Shown here: piece by piece, positions 15,297 through 24,057 of the stretch
Layout: the number at the start of each line of letters is the position of its first letter
How positions within the stretch are numbered: position 1 is the first letter of the stretch
DNA from: Candidatus Bipolaricaulota bacterium
GTDB lineage: Bacteria > Bipolaricaulota > Bipolaricaulia > Bipolaricaulales > Bipolaricaulaceae
Reading direction: 5' to 3'
Assembly (NCBI GenBank): GCA_037439765.1
Contig: JBBIVL010000002.1
Span: 1 to 48,276 of the forward strand
DNA length: 48,276 nucleotides
Translations under genes and position numbers: made by a program
Notes under the pieces: generated by a model
What the model saw: the letters and a program-made list of their open reading frames with translations, nothing else
The model's database searches: none
Told to the model about the DNA's origin: nothing

Positions 15297-18143
15297 GCCC
15301 TAGTTTTTTGGGGCGTCCTTGCCCTGAGCCAGGACCTCGAAATCGCCCGCCTTTCCCCACCCGTCAAAGTTCGCCCAGGCGATTTCGCGATCCAGGTTTT
15401 GGAAATCGCAAACCGCACCCCGGCCGCGATCCTGGCCCACCTGAGCGTGGGACTTCCCCAAGGTTGGGAAGCCTTGGGGCTTCCGGAAACACTCTCCCTT
15501 GAGGCAGGCCAAGTGGATTACGTTTTCCTCACCCTCTACGTGCCCCGCACGGCGCCCAGCGGCGTTCACCCGGTGCGCCTCGTTTTGCGCTGGAACGGAA
15601 AGGAGCTTGTTGCGGAAACCCTAGTAGAAGTGGAGACGGTAGCAGCTTTGGAACTCCTTGCCCCATCCCCTCAGGCAGCAGCCCCCGGGGAATCCGTGAC
15701 CTTTGTGCTGCGCGTGGGGAACCGGGGCAACGCCCTGGACCGCGTGGCCCTGGAAGTGCGCCCTCCTTCGGGCTGGAGGGTAAGCCTGAGTCCCACGGAG
15801 ATGCCCCTGTCCCCAGGTGAGGTCGGGGAAGCCCGGGCCAGTCTGGAGATCCCTGAGGATGCGCGGGTGGGCCGGGAGGTGGTCCTGGCCGTGGCCCGCT
15901 CCACCGTTTCCCCCGAGGTGGAAGCCCGCACGGCCTGGTACGTGGAAGTCTTGCCGCCGGGGCCGGAACAAGTGCCGGTGCAGAAATTTGCGGAGCTTTC
16001 CATGCAGGGTCTTGGTCGCCTGTCCCACGAGTTTTTGGCCAAAAGCGGGAGCTCCTTCCTCGGTTTTTCTGGCCGGGGCACGGTGTTTGAGGGAGCGTTG
16101 GAGCTTTCCGCGCGGTGGGCCGGCCCTTGGGCCCCCAAGCCCCTGCAATTCTTGGACTTCCAGGCCACCTACGTCACGGACTCCCTGGAGATGGAGGTCG
16201 GCCAGGTGGGGTTATCCTTCGACTCGCTCCTGTCCTCCCTGGGCTTTTGGGGCCTGGGAACGCAGCTCACCCTGGAACCCCTGAGGCTTTCTTTTGGCTC
16301 CGGCTGGGCCAGGACCGTGGGGCGCACCGGGGGAAAATGGCTTTTGCGTTCTTCCTGGGGTGAAGTGGGAGGGGCCTACCGCGAGGAGCGCGGGGACGAT
16401 TTTCACAGCCGTGGCGGCGTGAGTTGGCTTGGCCTGCAGCCCTTCGAGGGCCTGCGGTTTCGCCTGGAGGCGGGGGCAGCCCAGGTGCAAGGCCTCACCC
16501 GCTTCGCCGGGCAAATGAGCCTCACCTGGGAAATTCCCGAACTTTTCTTCCTGGAAGCCCGGACGTATGCCATCGATCCTGGTTTTCCCGCGTTGGTACG
16601 AGACCGGGCTGGCGCGCTCCTCTCCGGCCGCCTGGGTGCCGAGGAAGCGGGGTTCCGCTTTGTGTGCGACTGGCAGCGGGATAACCTGCGTGGCCTTGCC
16701 CTGTCCACCCGTGGCTGGTACGGAATCCAAGCGGGTTGGGACCTGTTCCCCACGGAATGGCCCCTGCGTTTCGGTTTTGCTCTGGCCCTGCGACGTACGG
16801 CGGACCTGGGCCTCCCGTCCGTTTGGGACGAACGGACGGCGCGAGCCGAGGCTCACGCCGTGTTTTCCCACCAGGGCTTTACTTTGGGCCTCCAAGAGGC
16901 CTACACGCGCTCCGAGGACGTGGCCTCGGAGCAAACCTGGACGCGCCAGGAATTTCGAGAATGGCTGGACCTTCGCGTTTCCCCCGCCGTTTCCTTAAGC
17001 GGGGAATTTCGCCAAACGTTGCTTGTTTCCCCAGAGGAAACCCTTACCCAAAGCGAGGCCACTTTTTCTTTAGCCGTAGTGGACCGATTACGGCTGACTT
17101 GGGAATACAGCCGGGAGGGCGGGCTTGCCCGCGGGGAATTTTCGTTTTCCCCGGCGCTTCCTCTTACCTTGAAGCTTGGGGCCGAGATCCGCTGGGGCGA
17201 GGAGGGCACCCCTACTCGGTTCTCGGGAACCTTGGAGTTCCTCTACTCTTTTTCCTGGGCTCCCCCGTTTTTGCCCGTGTATGGCCTCCTTTCCGGAGAA
17301 GTTTTTGCTGATCTGGACGGTGATGGTCTGCGGGGACCCCACGAGCCCGGCGTCGCCGGGGCTACCCTTGTCCTCGACGATCTCCTCGTCTCCTCCGGGA
17401 AAACTGGGGAATTCCGCTTCCCTGGCCAGCCCCCCGGGGATTACACGTTGCGCCTCGTTCGCCTTCCGCCCAAGTACGGTACGCCGATTCAGGAGTTTCC
17501 TGTGGCCCTAGAGCTCGGGAAAACCACGAAAATACTCATTCCGGTGTTGCCCTTGGCGGAGATTCGGGGAGTGGTGTTCCTCGATGCTGACGCAGATGGG
17601 AATTGGGGAGCTGGGGAGCTGGGCTTGGGCCGAGTCTACGTGCGTCTGGTCTCAGAAACTGGCCAATTGGTGGAGGTATTTTCTGATCCGGCGGGGCGGT
17701 TCGGGTGGGCCGAATTCCTGCCCGGCAAGTATCGAGCGGAGCTCATCTTGGAATCCCTGCCACCGCGACATGACCCTACTACGCCCACGTCCCTGGAACT
17801 TGTGTTGGCGCCGGGCGAGAGGCGGGACGTGATTTTTGGGGTGCGGGAGCGGCCAAGACCGGTGGTGGTGATCCAACCTCCCTTGGCGGAGTTCGTCTGG
17901 ACACCCAGCAGGCCCAAAGCCGGCGAGGCGGTCCTCTTCGATGGTACACTTTCCCAGGCGTTTGACACGGCGGAAATCGTGCGCTACGCCTGGGACTTCA
18001 ACGATGATGGGCGGATCGATGTTGAAGGCCCCCGCGCCACCTGGAGCTTCCCCGAGCCCGGTTTTTACCTGGTGACCTTGATCGTCACCGATTCGGCCGG
18101 CCTCACCGGCCAAACCCAGTACCTCCTGCAAGTCCAGCCCTGA
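15282..18143 (+). CDS. Large multidomain secreted/outer-membrane protein (2x NEW3/CARDB-like, central beta-barrel-like region, 2x SdrD-B/CarboxypepD_reg-like, PKD)
   Basis: 953 aa with signal peptide 'MRPLFALVFWGVLALSQ'. 'GESVTFVLRVGNRGN...PPSGWRV...PGEVGEARASLEIPEDARVG' is NEW3-like. Residues ~235-660 show amphipathic beta-strand periodicity and end in 'LEFLYSFSW'. 'GEVFADLDGDG...GEFRFPGQPPGDYTL' and 'GVVFLDADADGNWG...GRFGWAEFLPGKY' are SdrD-B-like. 'YAWDFNDDG...FYLVTLIVTDSAGL' is PKD. Confidence 0.85.
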   Translation: MRPLFALVFWGVLALSQDLEIARLSPPVKVRPGDFAIQVLEIANRTPAAILAHLSVGLPQGWEALGLPETLSLEAGQVDYVFLTLYVPRTAPSGVHPVRLVLRWNGKELVAETLVEVETVAALELLAPSPQAAAPGESVTFVLRVGNRGNALDRVALEVRPPSGWRVSLSPTEMPLSPGEVGEARASLEIPEDARVGREVVLAVARSTVSPEVEARTAWYVEVLPPGPEQVPVQKFAELSMQGLGRLSHEFLAKSGSSFLGFSGRGTVFEGALELSARWAGPWAPKPLQFLDFQATYVTDSLEMEVGQVGLSFDSLLSSLGFWGLGTQLTLEPLRLSFGSGWARTVGRTGGKWLLRSSWGEVGGAYREERGDDFHSRGGVSWLGLQPFEGLRFRLEAGAAQVQGLTRFAGQMSLTWEIPELFFLEARTYAIDPGFPALVRDRAGALLSGRLGAEEAGFRFVCDWQRDNLRGLALSTRGWYGIQAGWDLFPTEWPLRFGFALALRRTADLGLPSVWDERTARAEAHAVFSHQGFTLGLQEAYTRSEDVASEQTWTRQEFREWLDLRVSPAVSLSGEFRQTLLVSPEETLTQSEATFSLAVVDRLRLTWEYSREGGLARGEFSFSPALPLTLKLGAEIRWGEEGTPTRFSGTLEFLYSFSWAPPFLPVYGLLSGEVFADLDGDGLRGPHEPGVAGATLVLDDLLVSSGKTGEFRFPGQPPGDYTLRLVRLPPKYGTPIQEFPVALELGKTTKILIPVLPLAEIRGVVFLDADADGNWGAGELGLGRVYVRLVSETGQLVEVFSDPAGRFGWAEFLPGKYRAELILESLPPRHDPTTPTSLELVLAPGERRDVIFGVRERPRPVVVIQPPLAEFVWTPSRPKAGEAVLFDGTLSQAFDTAEIVRYAWDFNDDGRIDVEGPRATWSFPEPGFYLVTLIVTDSAGLTGQTQYLLQVQP

Positions 18144-18154
18144 ATTAGCCAGGG

Positions 18155-19075
18155 CTATCCGTGGCCGCCCAACAGGCGTACCAACAGGCCTTTTTGGGCG
18201 TGAAGACGATTCTCCGCCTGATCAAAAATGACGGAGTTCTTGCTCCGTGCAGCCTCGTAGGTGATCTCCTCCCCATAATGAGCGGGAAGGCAGTGCATAA
18301 CCAGGACATCGGGCTTGGCCCGGGAAAGAAGGGCAAGATCCACGGTGTAGCCCTGGAATTTCTTGCGCCGAAGCTCGGCCTCGGCCTCCTGGCCCATGCT
18401 CGTCCAAACGTCGGTGTAAATCACGTCCGCGTCCTTGGCCGCCTCCTTGGGATCGCGAAGAATTTCCACCTTGGCTCCCAAGGCCCGCGCTTCCGCGACG
18501 ATGCGGGCATCGGGCTCATGGCCCTCCGGGCAGGCGATGCGAAAATGCATCCCAAATTTCCCGGAAGCCTCGATGAGGGAGTTTGCCACGTTGTTTCCGT
18601 CCCCAATGAACACCAGGGTTAGACCCTCAAGCTTCCTTTTCTTCTCCCAAATGGTGAGCACATCGGCCAGGGCTTGGCAGGGGTGGAGGAGGTCGGAAAG
18701 GCCGTTGATCACGGGGACAGTGGCGAAGCGGGCCAACTCCTCCACCACCTCGTGGCCGAACACGCGGGCCATGATGCCGTCCACGTAGCGGGAGAGGTTC
18801 AAGGCCACATCTTCCACGCTTTCCCGGTGGCCAAGCTTGATGTCCTCGGGGCCAAGATAGAGGGCGTACCCGCCGAGCTGCCACATCCCCACCTCAAACG
18901 ACACCCGCGTCCGAAGGGAAGGTTTTTGAAAAATCAGGCCCAGGGTTTTGCCGCGCAGGAGATGATCGGGGCGAAGGCCAGCACGGTGTTCCCGCTTGAG
19001 GTGTACGGAAAGCTCCAGGACTTCCCAGAGCTCCTCCCTCGACCAATCGGCAAAGCTTACGAAATCGCGTTTCAT
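18155..19075 (-). CDS. argF: Ornithine carbamoyltransferase
   Basis: 306 aa with 'SLRTRVSFE', 'HPCQALAD', 'DVWTSMGQE' and '[10 protein letters not shown]' OTCase motifs. GGAGG SD upstream. Confidence 0.92.
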   Translation of the reverse strand: MKRDFVSFADWSREELWEVLELSVHLKREHRAGLRPDHLLRGKTLGLIFQKPSLRTRVSFEVGMWQLGGYALYLGPEDIKLGHRESVEDVALNLSRYVDGIMARVFGHEVVEELARFATVPVINGLSDLLHPCQALADVLTIWEKKRKLEGLTLVFIGDGNNVANSLIEASGKFGMHFRIACPEGHEPDARIVAEARALGAKVEILRDPKEAAKDADVIYTDVWTSMGQEAEAELRRKKFQGYTVDLALLSRAKPDVLVMHCLPAHYGEEITYEAARSKNSVIFDQAENRLHAQKGLLVRLLGGHG

Positions 19076-19139
19076 CGGACCTCCTTGGGGGAATAGCGTG
19101 GGTCATGATAACCACACGGGGTGAGCCAACACAAAAGCG

Positions 19140-19168
19140 TTGGGCAAGATAGGGCCATCCGCTACAAT
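19140..19168 (+). promoter_or_regulatory. Candidate sigma70 promoter for gltX (TTGGGC-N17-TACAAT), likely giving a leaderless mRNA
   Basis: -35 at 19140-19145 and -10 at 19163-19168. ATG 19177 begins 8 nt after the -10 box and has no SD. Confidence 0.5.
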
Positions 19169-19176
19169 TGGTGTCT

Positions 19177-20487
19177 ATGAACACGGTAAGGGTGAGGTTT
19201 GCGCCGAGCCCCACAGGGTACCTCCACGTGGGTGGGGCTCGGACTGCGCTCTTCAACTGGTTGTACGCTCGCCACCACGGGGGAACGTTCATCCTGCGCA
19301 TCGAGGACACGGATCGCACCCGCTCCACTGACGAGGCCATTGAGCAGATCATTGCCTCCCTGCGCTGGCTGGGGTTGGATTGGGATGAGTTCTATCGACA
19401 GACCGAGCGGTTTCATCGACACAAGAGCTATGCCGAGGAGCTTTTGCGGCGAGGAGCAGCCTACGAGGCCGAGGGAGCGGTGTGGTTCCGGATTCCCAAG
19501 GAGGGCGAGATCGTCGTAGACGACCTCATCGCCGGGCCGGTGAGGTTTCAAAACCGGGAATTCAAGGATCTCGTGATCCTCCGTTCCGACGGCACCCCCA
19601 CCTACAACTTTGCCTGCGTGGTGGACGATACGGAGATGGGCATCACCCATGTGATCCGTGGGGATGAGCATCTCCCCAACACCCCTAAGCAGCTCCATAT
19701 TTATCGGGCCCTCGAGCTTACTCCTCCGAAGTTCGCCCACATTCCCCTCATTCTGGGTCCGGACCGCACCAAGCTCTCCAAACGTCACGGCGCCGTGTCC
19801 GTTCTGGAATATGGCCGGACGGGCATCCTGCCTGAGGCCATGGTGAATTTCTTGGCCCGCCTGGGCTGGTCCCACGGCGATCAGGAGATTTTCTCCCGGG
19901 AGGAACTCGTGCGGTACTTTGACCTTCCGGGGGTGGGACAGTCCCCGGCTGTGTTCGATGAGCAGAAGCTGCTCTGGCTCAACCGGGAGTGGATGCGCCG
20001 CATCCCCGTGGCGGAGCTCGCGGAAAAGGTCAAGGAATTCGTGGTCGTGGAGGGCGTGGCCTCAAAAGATGCGGTGGCAGCCTTGCCCCGCGGGCGTTTC
20101 TTGCGTGCGGTGGAGCTCTTGCGGGATCGCACCCACACGTTGGTCGATCTCGCCCACACCACCTGCTTCTTGTTCCCTGGCGAGCTTCCGCTGCCCGCGG
20201 ATGCCCGCGAGCTCCTTCAGCCGGAGCTGGCCGGGCCCTTTTTGACCCTGGCTCAAGCCCTCGAGGACCTCGAGGACCCGGATCCAGCGGAATTCGAGGC
20301 GGCGGTGAGGGCAGTTCTGGAACGGTTGGGCCTTCCGCTTAAGGCGGTGGCCTTGCCCATGCGGGTGGTCATCACCGGTTCCCGCGTGGGCCCCGGACTG
20401 TTTGAGATGCTGGCTTTGGCCGGACCGCGGCTTGTGGCCGAGCGCTTGCGCCGGGCTGCGGTCCAACTGTGTGCGCAGAAAGGATGA
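19177..20487 (+). CDS. gltX: Glutamate--tRNA ligase
   Basis: 'RVRFAPSPTGYLHVGGARTALFNW' (HIGH region) and 'KLSKRHG' (KMSKS). The track ORF starts at TTG 19168; ATG 19177 is preferred. Confidence 0.92.
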   Translation: MNTVRVRFAPSPTGYLHVGGARTALFNWLYARHHGGTFILRIEDTDRTRSTDEAIEQIIASLRWLGLDWDEFYRQTERFHRHKSYAEELLRRGAAYEAEGAVWFRIPKEGEIVVDDLIAGPVRFQNREFKDLVILRSDGTPTYNFACVVDDTEMGITHVIRGDEHLPNTPKQLHIYRALELTPPKFAHIPLILGPDRTKLSKRHGAVSVLEYGRTGILPEAMVNFLARLGWSHGDQEIFSREELVRYFDLPGVGQSPAVFDEQKLLWLNREWMRRIPVAELAEKVKEFVVVEGVASKDAVAALPRGRFLRAVELLRDRTHTLVDLAHTTCFLFPGELPLPADARELLQPELAGPFLTLAQALEDLEDPDPAEFEAAVRAVLERLGLPLKAVALPMRVVITGSRVGPGLFEMLALAGPRLVAERLRRAAVQLCAQKG

Positions 20488-20490
20488 GCG

Positions 20491-22167
20491 ATGCGTTATC
20501 TTGCCGTTGCGTCTTTGATTCTTGCGATGATGGGGATAGCGCAGGAGATCTCCCTTGTTCCCATGGATCCCGAGGCGCTGGGAGGCTGGGCCCAAGTAAG
20601 CCAAGCCTTGCGCCTGTACCCTAATCCCTCCAAACCCGTGACCTACGCCGGCCCGGCCTTGGTCACCCGCCTGTTTGGGGAGATCGCCCTGGGGGAAATG
20701 CGGTACACATTTCTTCTTGGGGTGAATGCCCAAAACGAGGTGGGGGTTTGGGTGGACGCGGACAGCGATGGTTACCTGCGGGAATATGAGCAGCTTGTGG
20801 AAACGCGACTAAATGGAGCCATGAGTTGGTCGGTGAGTCTGCGCGCAAGCCTAGGGGGAGGCGCGGCCTTTGATTATCCCCTGCAGATCCTCTGGCCGAT
20901 GGGCCGGGGCTACGTGTTCCTGTGGGGCGGTGCCCCCCGTGGGGGGCTCTTCCAAGGCCGACGGATAGCGGTGGTGGATGGGGATCTCGATGGGGTCTTC
21001 GGAACGAAAGGGGATTTTCTGGGTGTGGATGCAGACGGTGATGGGGAAATCCACGCTGAACCCGATGGACACGAGCATTTCGCCCTCTCCGAACCGTTCA
21101 CCCTGGGTTCGGAGAGCTTTCGGACCCAAGCGATCGCGCCCGACGGCCGAAAGCTTTGGCTGGAGCACGCCCCTTATGTGGCCCCCAAGGTTCCCCTCAT
21201 CCCTGGTTCCCCGGCCCCCAATTTTGTGTTCCGGGATTTCGCAACCGGGCAGGAGCTTTCGCTCCAAAGTTTCCGAGGCAAAGTGGTGCTCCTCGACTTT
21301 TGGGCCACGTGGTGCCCGCCCTGCATGGCCAGTTTGCCCGAAATCCGCGAACTCTACGAGACCTTCCACCCCCAAGGCTTTGAGATCGTGGCAGTGAGCC
21401 TCGACGAAAGCCGGGAAGAACTGGCCCGCGTGCTTCGCGAACATCGGATATCTTGGCCCGTCGCCTTCGAAGGGAAGCGGTGGGATAATTCCCTCGCTAA
21501 CCTCTACCGAGTGTACCAGATTCCTACCACCTACCTCCTCGACCGTAACGGCGTGATTCGCTACCGGGACGTGGAGGGCGAGGCTCTCAGGGAGGCGGTG
21601 GCGGAGCTCCTGCGGGAGGGGCAAGCGGAAATCCCGCCCCCCCCAATGGAGGTTTCCCTGGGGAGCGGGCCGCCCATTTTGTCTGTGCACGCCCCAGGGC
21701 AGGTCCTCCTTCGTCCCGGTAGCCCGCAGGTCTACGCCCTGAAAATTCTCAATCCTTCTGCTTATGTGGCGCGGGGGATACGGATTTCCGCGGAAGAGCT
21801 CCCCTCCGGAGTGCGCCTCGTGAGTCCTGACCCCTTTGACTTGCCGCCGCGCAGCGAACGCACCGTCCACTTCGAGTGTTTCACAGAGGAGACGGCCTCG
21901 CCAGGTTTCTCCCAGCCCCTCCTCCTTCATGTGGAGTATCGGTACTGTCCAGACGCTAGTTGTTTTGAGGCCCGCCAAAGCGTGCAAACCATTGTTTCGG
22001 TAGAGGAAAGTCGCGCGGGAGGCCCCTTCGCCGGCTCCTGGTGGATTCTGGCCCTTCTGGCCGTGGGCGCCCTGGTCGCTTTGTTGTTCTTTGGTAGCCA
22101 ATTCTTCGGCGTGGCTTCGCTCGTGTTCCTCCTGGGGTTGGCTACGAGGACGGTTTGGAAATTCTGA
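20491..22167 (+). CDS. Membrane-anchored multidomain TlpA/redoxin-like thiol-disulfide oxidoreductase
   Basis: 558 aa with an N-terminal signal. An Asp/Gly-rich segment 'VVDGDLDGVFGTKGDFLGVDADGDGEIH' precedes a thioredoxin-fold core 'VVLLDFWATWCPPCMASLPEI...YQIPTTYLLDRNG', then an Ig-like region and a C-terminal TM 'WWILALLAVGALVALLFF'. Confidence 0.8.
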   Translation: MRYLAVASLILAMMGIAQEISLVPMDPEALGGWAQVSQALRLYPNPSKPVTYAGPALVTRLFGEIALGEMRYTFLLGVNAQNEVGVWVDADSDGYLREYEQLVETRLNGAMSWSVSLRASLGGGAAFDYPLQILWPMGRGYVFLWGGAPRGGLFQGRRIAVVDGDLDGVFGTKGDFLGVDADGDGEIHAEPDGHEHFALSEPFTLGSESFRTQAIAPDGRKLWLEHAPYVAPKVPLIPGSPAPNFVFRDFATGQELSLQSFRGKVVLLDFWATWCPPCMASLPEIRELYETFHPQGFEIVAVSLDESREELARVLREHRISWPVAFEGKRWDNSLANLYRVYQIPTTYLLDRNGVIRYRDVEGEALREAVAELLREGQAEIPPPPMEVSLGSGPPILSVHAPGQVLLRPGSPQVYALKILNPSAYVARGIRISAEELPSGVRLVSPDPFDLPPRSERTVHFECFTEETASPGFSQPLLLHVEYRYCPDASCFEARQSVQTIVSVEESRAGGPFAGSWWILALLAVGALVALLFFGSQFFGVASLVFLLGLATRTVWKF

Positions 22168-22237
22168 GGCATAGGCTGTCGCTGCGGGTAGTTTTCCGCG
22201 GCAAGGTCGACCTAGATTTTTCTTGGGTTTCTTGCCC

Positions 22238-22996
22238 ATGCTCCGCTACGTGATCCTCGGCGTGGTGCAAGGCGTGACCGAATTCTTACCCGTGAGCAGT
22301 TCGGCCCATCTCCTGTTCCTCCGCCAATGGATGGGGATGGAGGAGCCGGGCCCGCTCCTCGTGGCGTTTTTGCATCTGGGGACCCTCTTGGCCCTGGGGG
22401 TGGCGTTTGGGCAGGACCTTTGGGGGCTCGCCGGCGCGCTCACGCCGGGCGGGCGCGAAGCCCGCGCCTATGTGGCCCGGCTGCTCCTGGGCCTCCTCCC
22501 CGTGGTCTTCCTTGCTCTTCTCTTTGGTGGCCAACTGGAAAGCGCGTTTTCTTCCCCAAAACTTGCTGCTGCTTTGCTTATCGCCACAGCCGGGCTGCTC
22601 ATGGCGACAAACTTGGCCCGGCCGGGGATTCAAAGGGTCCCTACCCTTGGCCAAGCCCTCCTCGTAGGGCTGGCCCAGGCCGCTGCAGTCCTCCCGGGAA
22701 TTTCCCGGTCCGGGGCCACCGTAGCCACCGGCCTCCTTCTTGGACTCGAGCGGGGCGAGGCGGTGCGCTTTTCCTTTCTTCTGGGGATGCCCACCTTCGT
22801 GGGTGCAGCCCTGTGGGCCCTGCGGGAAGGCGCACCGCCGGAATCCTGGCCTGGCCTCCTGGTGGGAGCCCTCGCGGCCTTCCTCGCTGGGCTTCTTGCC
22901 CTAAGGGTCTTTCGAACCGCGGTGAAGCGCCAAAAGCTTTGGCCCTTCGCCCTCTACTGCCTCTTGATGGGAATCGGTGGCCTGATCTGGGTTTAG
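22238..22996 (+). CDS. uppP: Undecaprenyl-diphosphate phosphatase (UppP/BacA)
   Basis: 'GVVQGVTEFLPVSSSAHL' and 'PGISRSGATV' motifs in a polytopic protein. ATG 22238 is preferred over the track's TTG 22223. Confidence 0.88.
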   Translation: MLRYVILGVVQGVTEFLPVSSSAHLLFLRQWMGMEEPGPLLVAFLHLGTLLALGVAFGQDLWGLAGALTPGGREARAYVARLLLGLLPVVFLALLFGGQLESAFSSPKLAAALLIATAGLLMATNLARPGIQRVPTLGQALLVGLAQAAAVLPGISRSGATVATGLLLGLERGEAVRFSFLLGMPTFVGAALWALREGAPPESWPGLLVGALAAFLAGLLALRVFRTAVKRQKLWPFALYCLLMGIGGLIWV

Positions 22997-23119
22997 CCTT
23001 TCTGGACATCTGTCCCAATTCGAGGGTCAAGGAAGGTCATGGGTGTTACCCTCACCTCCGCTGGCCAAGGCCCGGGTTGCCTTGGGTGAAGCACCCTTCT
23101 CTGTCACCCTTTTGTCGTC

Positions 23120-24055
23120 ATGCGGGCAGGTTTAGCTGTGCTTCTTGTGTGTGCCGCGGGAGTCAACCTTTTTTCCGCTGAATTCTTAGCCACGGGCAAA
23201 GTGGACGCCGCAGGCTGGGTTTGGTTGAGTGAAGGCTCGGGAAAAGCCCAGTGGCGGTTCTACGATTTGGCCTGGGAGGGGCAATACCTCAGCGTGGGGC
23301 TGCTCGTGCAGACTCGGGGCTGGCGCACTTCCCCACCTCCTTCCCTCGGGGTCACCCTGCGTTTTTTCACGTTCTGCGCTGCCCTTTCCCGAAAGATGGA
23401 ACTGAACCGTGTGGAGGAGCAGGGGGAGTTTGTGGCTTACTTTGGGCAGCTCATCCTCGCCCGTCGCGATCTGGACGTAGGAGGATTCTTAGGGGTGGAG
23501 GTTTACCTGGGCCCGGCGGGCCCGGAGTGCGCCGTCCACCCCTCCTCCTTGCGGGTGCAAGGGGAGCGCACGGTCTACGCCGCTCTGGCCGGCACAGGCG
23601 GTGCGGGGGGCCCACTGGTTCTTGCGCCCACCCAAGTTTCGCCCCCCACTGCCCAAGCTCCCTCTCCCCCGGCGGAGCGATCTGTGGTAGGTTTCCCCTC
23701 CTCTGGGCAGACCTTCCGCGAATGCATAGGCCGAGAAGACGCGCCGTTCCTCAGCCCTGGCCGATACTACGGGGAGCTGGGCTGGCCCGGGCCCGGCCAA
23801 GCTGTGGACGCTCAAGACTGGCTGTGCCTGAACCTCAACGCGGGGCATTTCGTGGAGCTTCGACTCTTCTCTCCGCAATCCGTGTCCCTGCGCCTTCTGG
23901 ATCCCGGGGGTAAGGAAGTAGGGCGAGTCAGCGGTTCCGGCCTAATTGGGATCACTTACCAAGCGAACACGCGAGGCATCTACTGGGTGTGCATTTCCAT
24001 CACCCAAGGATTGCCTTCTTTCACCTACACCCTCGACCTTTCCCTGCGCCGCTAA
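23120..24055 (+). CDS. Hypothetical secreted protein with C-terminal pre-peptidase-C-terminal (PPC)-like beta domain
   Basis: 311 aa with signal 'MRAGLAVLLVCAAGVNLFSA' and a Pro/Ala linker. The C-terminal pattern 'DAQDWLCLNLNAGHFVELRL....LRLLDPGGKEV......ITYQANTRGIYWVCI......YTLDLSL' resembles PPC/collagenase-type domains. Confidence 0.65.
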   Translation: MRAGLAVLLVCAAGVNLFSAEFLATGKVDAAGWVWLSEGSGKAQWRFYDLAWEGQYLSVGLLVQTRGWRTSPPPSLGVTLRFFTFCAALSRKMELNRVEEQGEFVAYFGQLILARRDLDVGGFLGVEVYLGPAGPECAVHPSSLRVQGERTVYAALAGTGGAGGPLVLAPTQVSPPTAQAPSPPAERSVVGFPSSGQTFRECIGREDAPFLSPGRYYGELGWPGPGQAVDAQDWLCLNLNAGHFVELRLFSPQSVSLRLLDPGGKEVGRVSGSGLIGITYQANTRGIYWVCISITQGLPSFTYTLDLSLRR

Positions 24056-24057
24056 AC

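Noticed and set aside
11831-18143. Calling the operon a classical chaperone-usher, type IV, sortase-dependent or TasA-type pilus system.
   Set aside because: I see no PapC/FimD-like usher motifs, no prepilin leader (G|F...E), no LPXTG or sortase, and no SipW or TasA signatures. Only architectural analogy supports a fibre function, so it is reported as uncharacterised.
20851-22239. Long antisense ORFs: 20851..22239(-) 462 aa, 43427..44782(+) 451 aa, 45339..46724(+) 461 aa, 37958..39211(+) 417 aa, 14347..15360(-) 337 aa, 40984..41886(+), 42568..43449(+), 25396..26226(+), 34856..35653(+), 35660..36448(+) and 3269..4051(-).
   Set aside because: Each lies opposite a gene with clear family motifs. 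Their compositions are Arg/Gly/Pro/His-biased and low-complexity, as expected for stop-poor antisense frames in GC-rich DNA, and they show no recognisable domains.
23065-23085. Hairpin CCAAGGC-N7-GCCUUGG downstream of uppP as an intrinsic terminator.
   Set aside because: It has a 7-bp stem but no following U tract, and it sits 70 nt after the stop. That is not enough to call a terminator.
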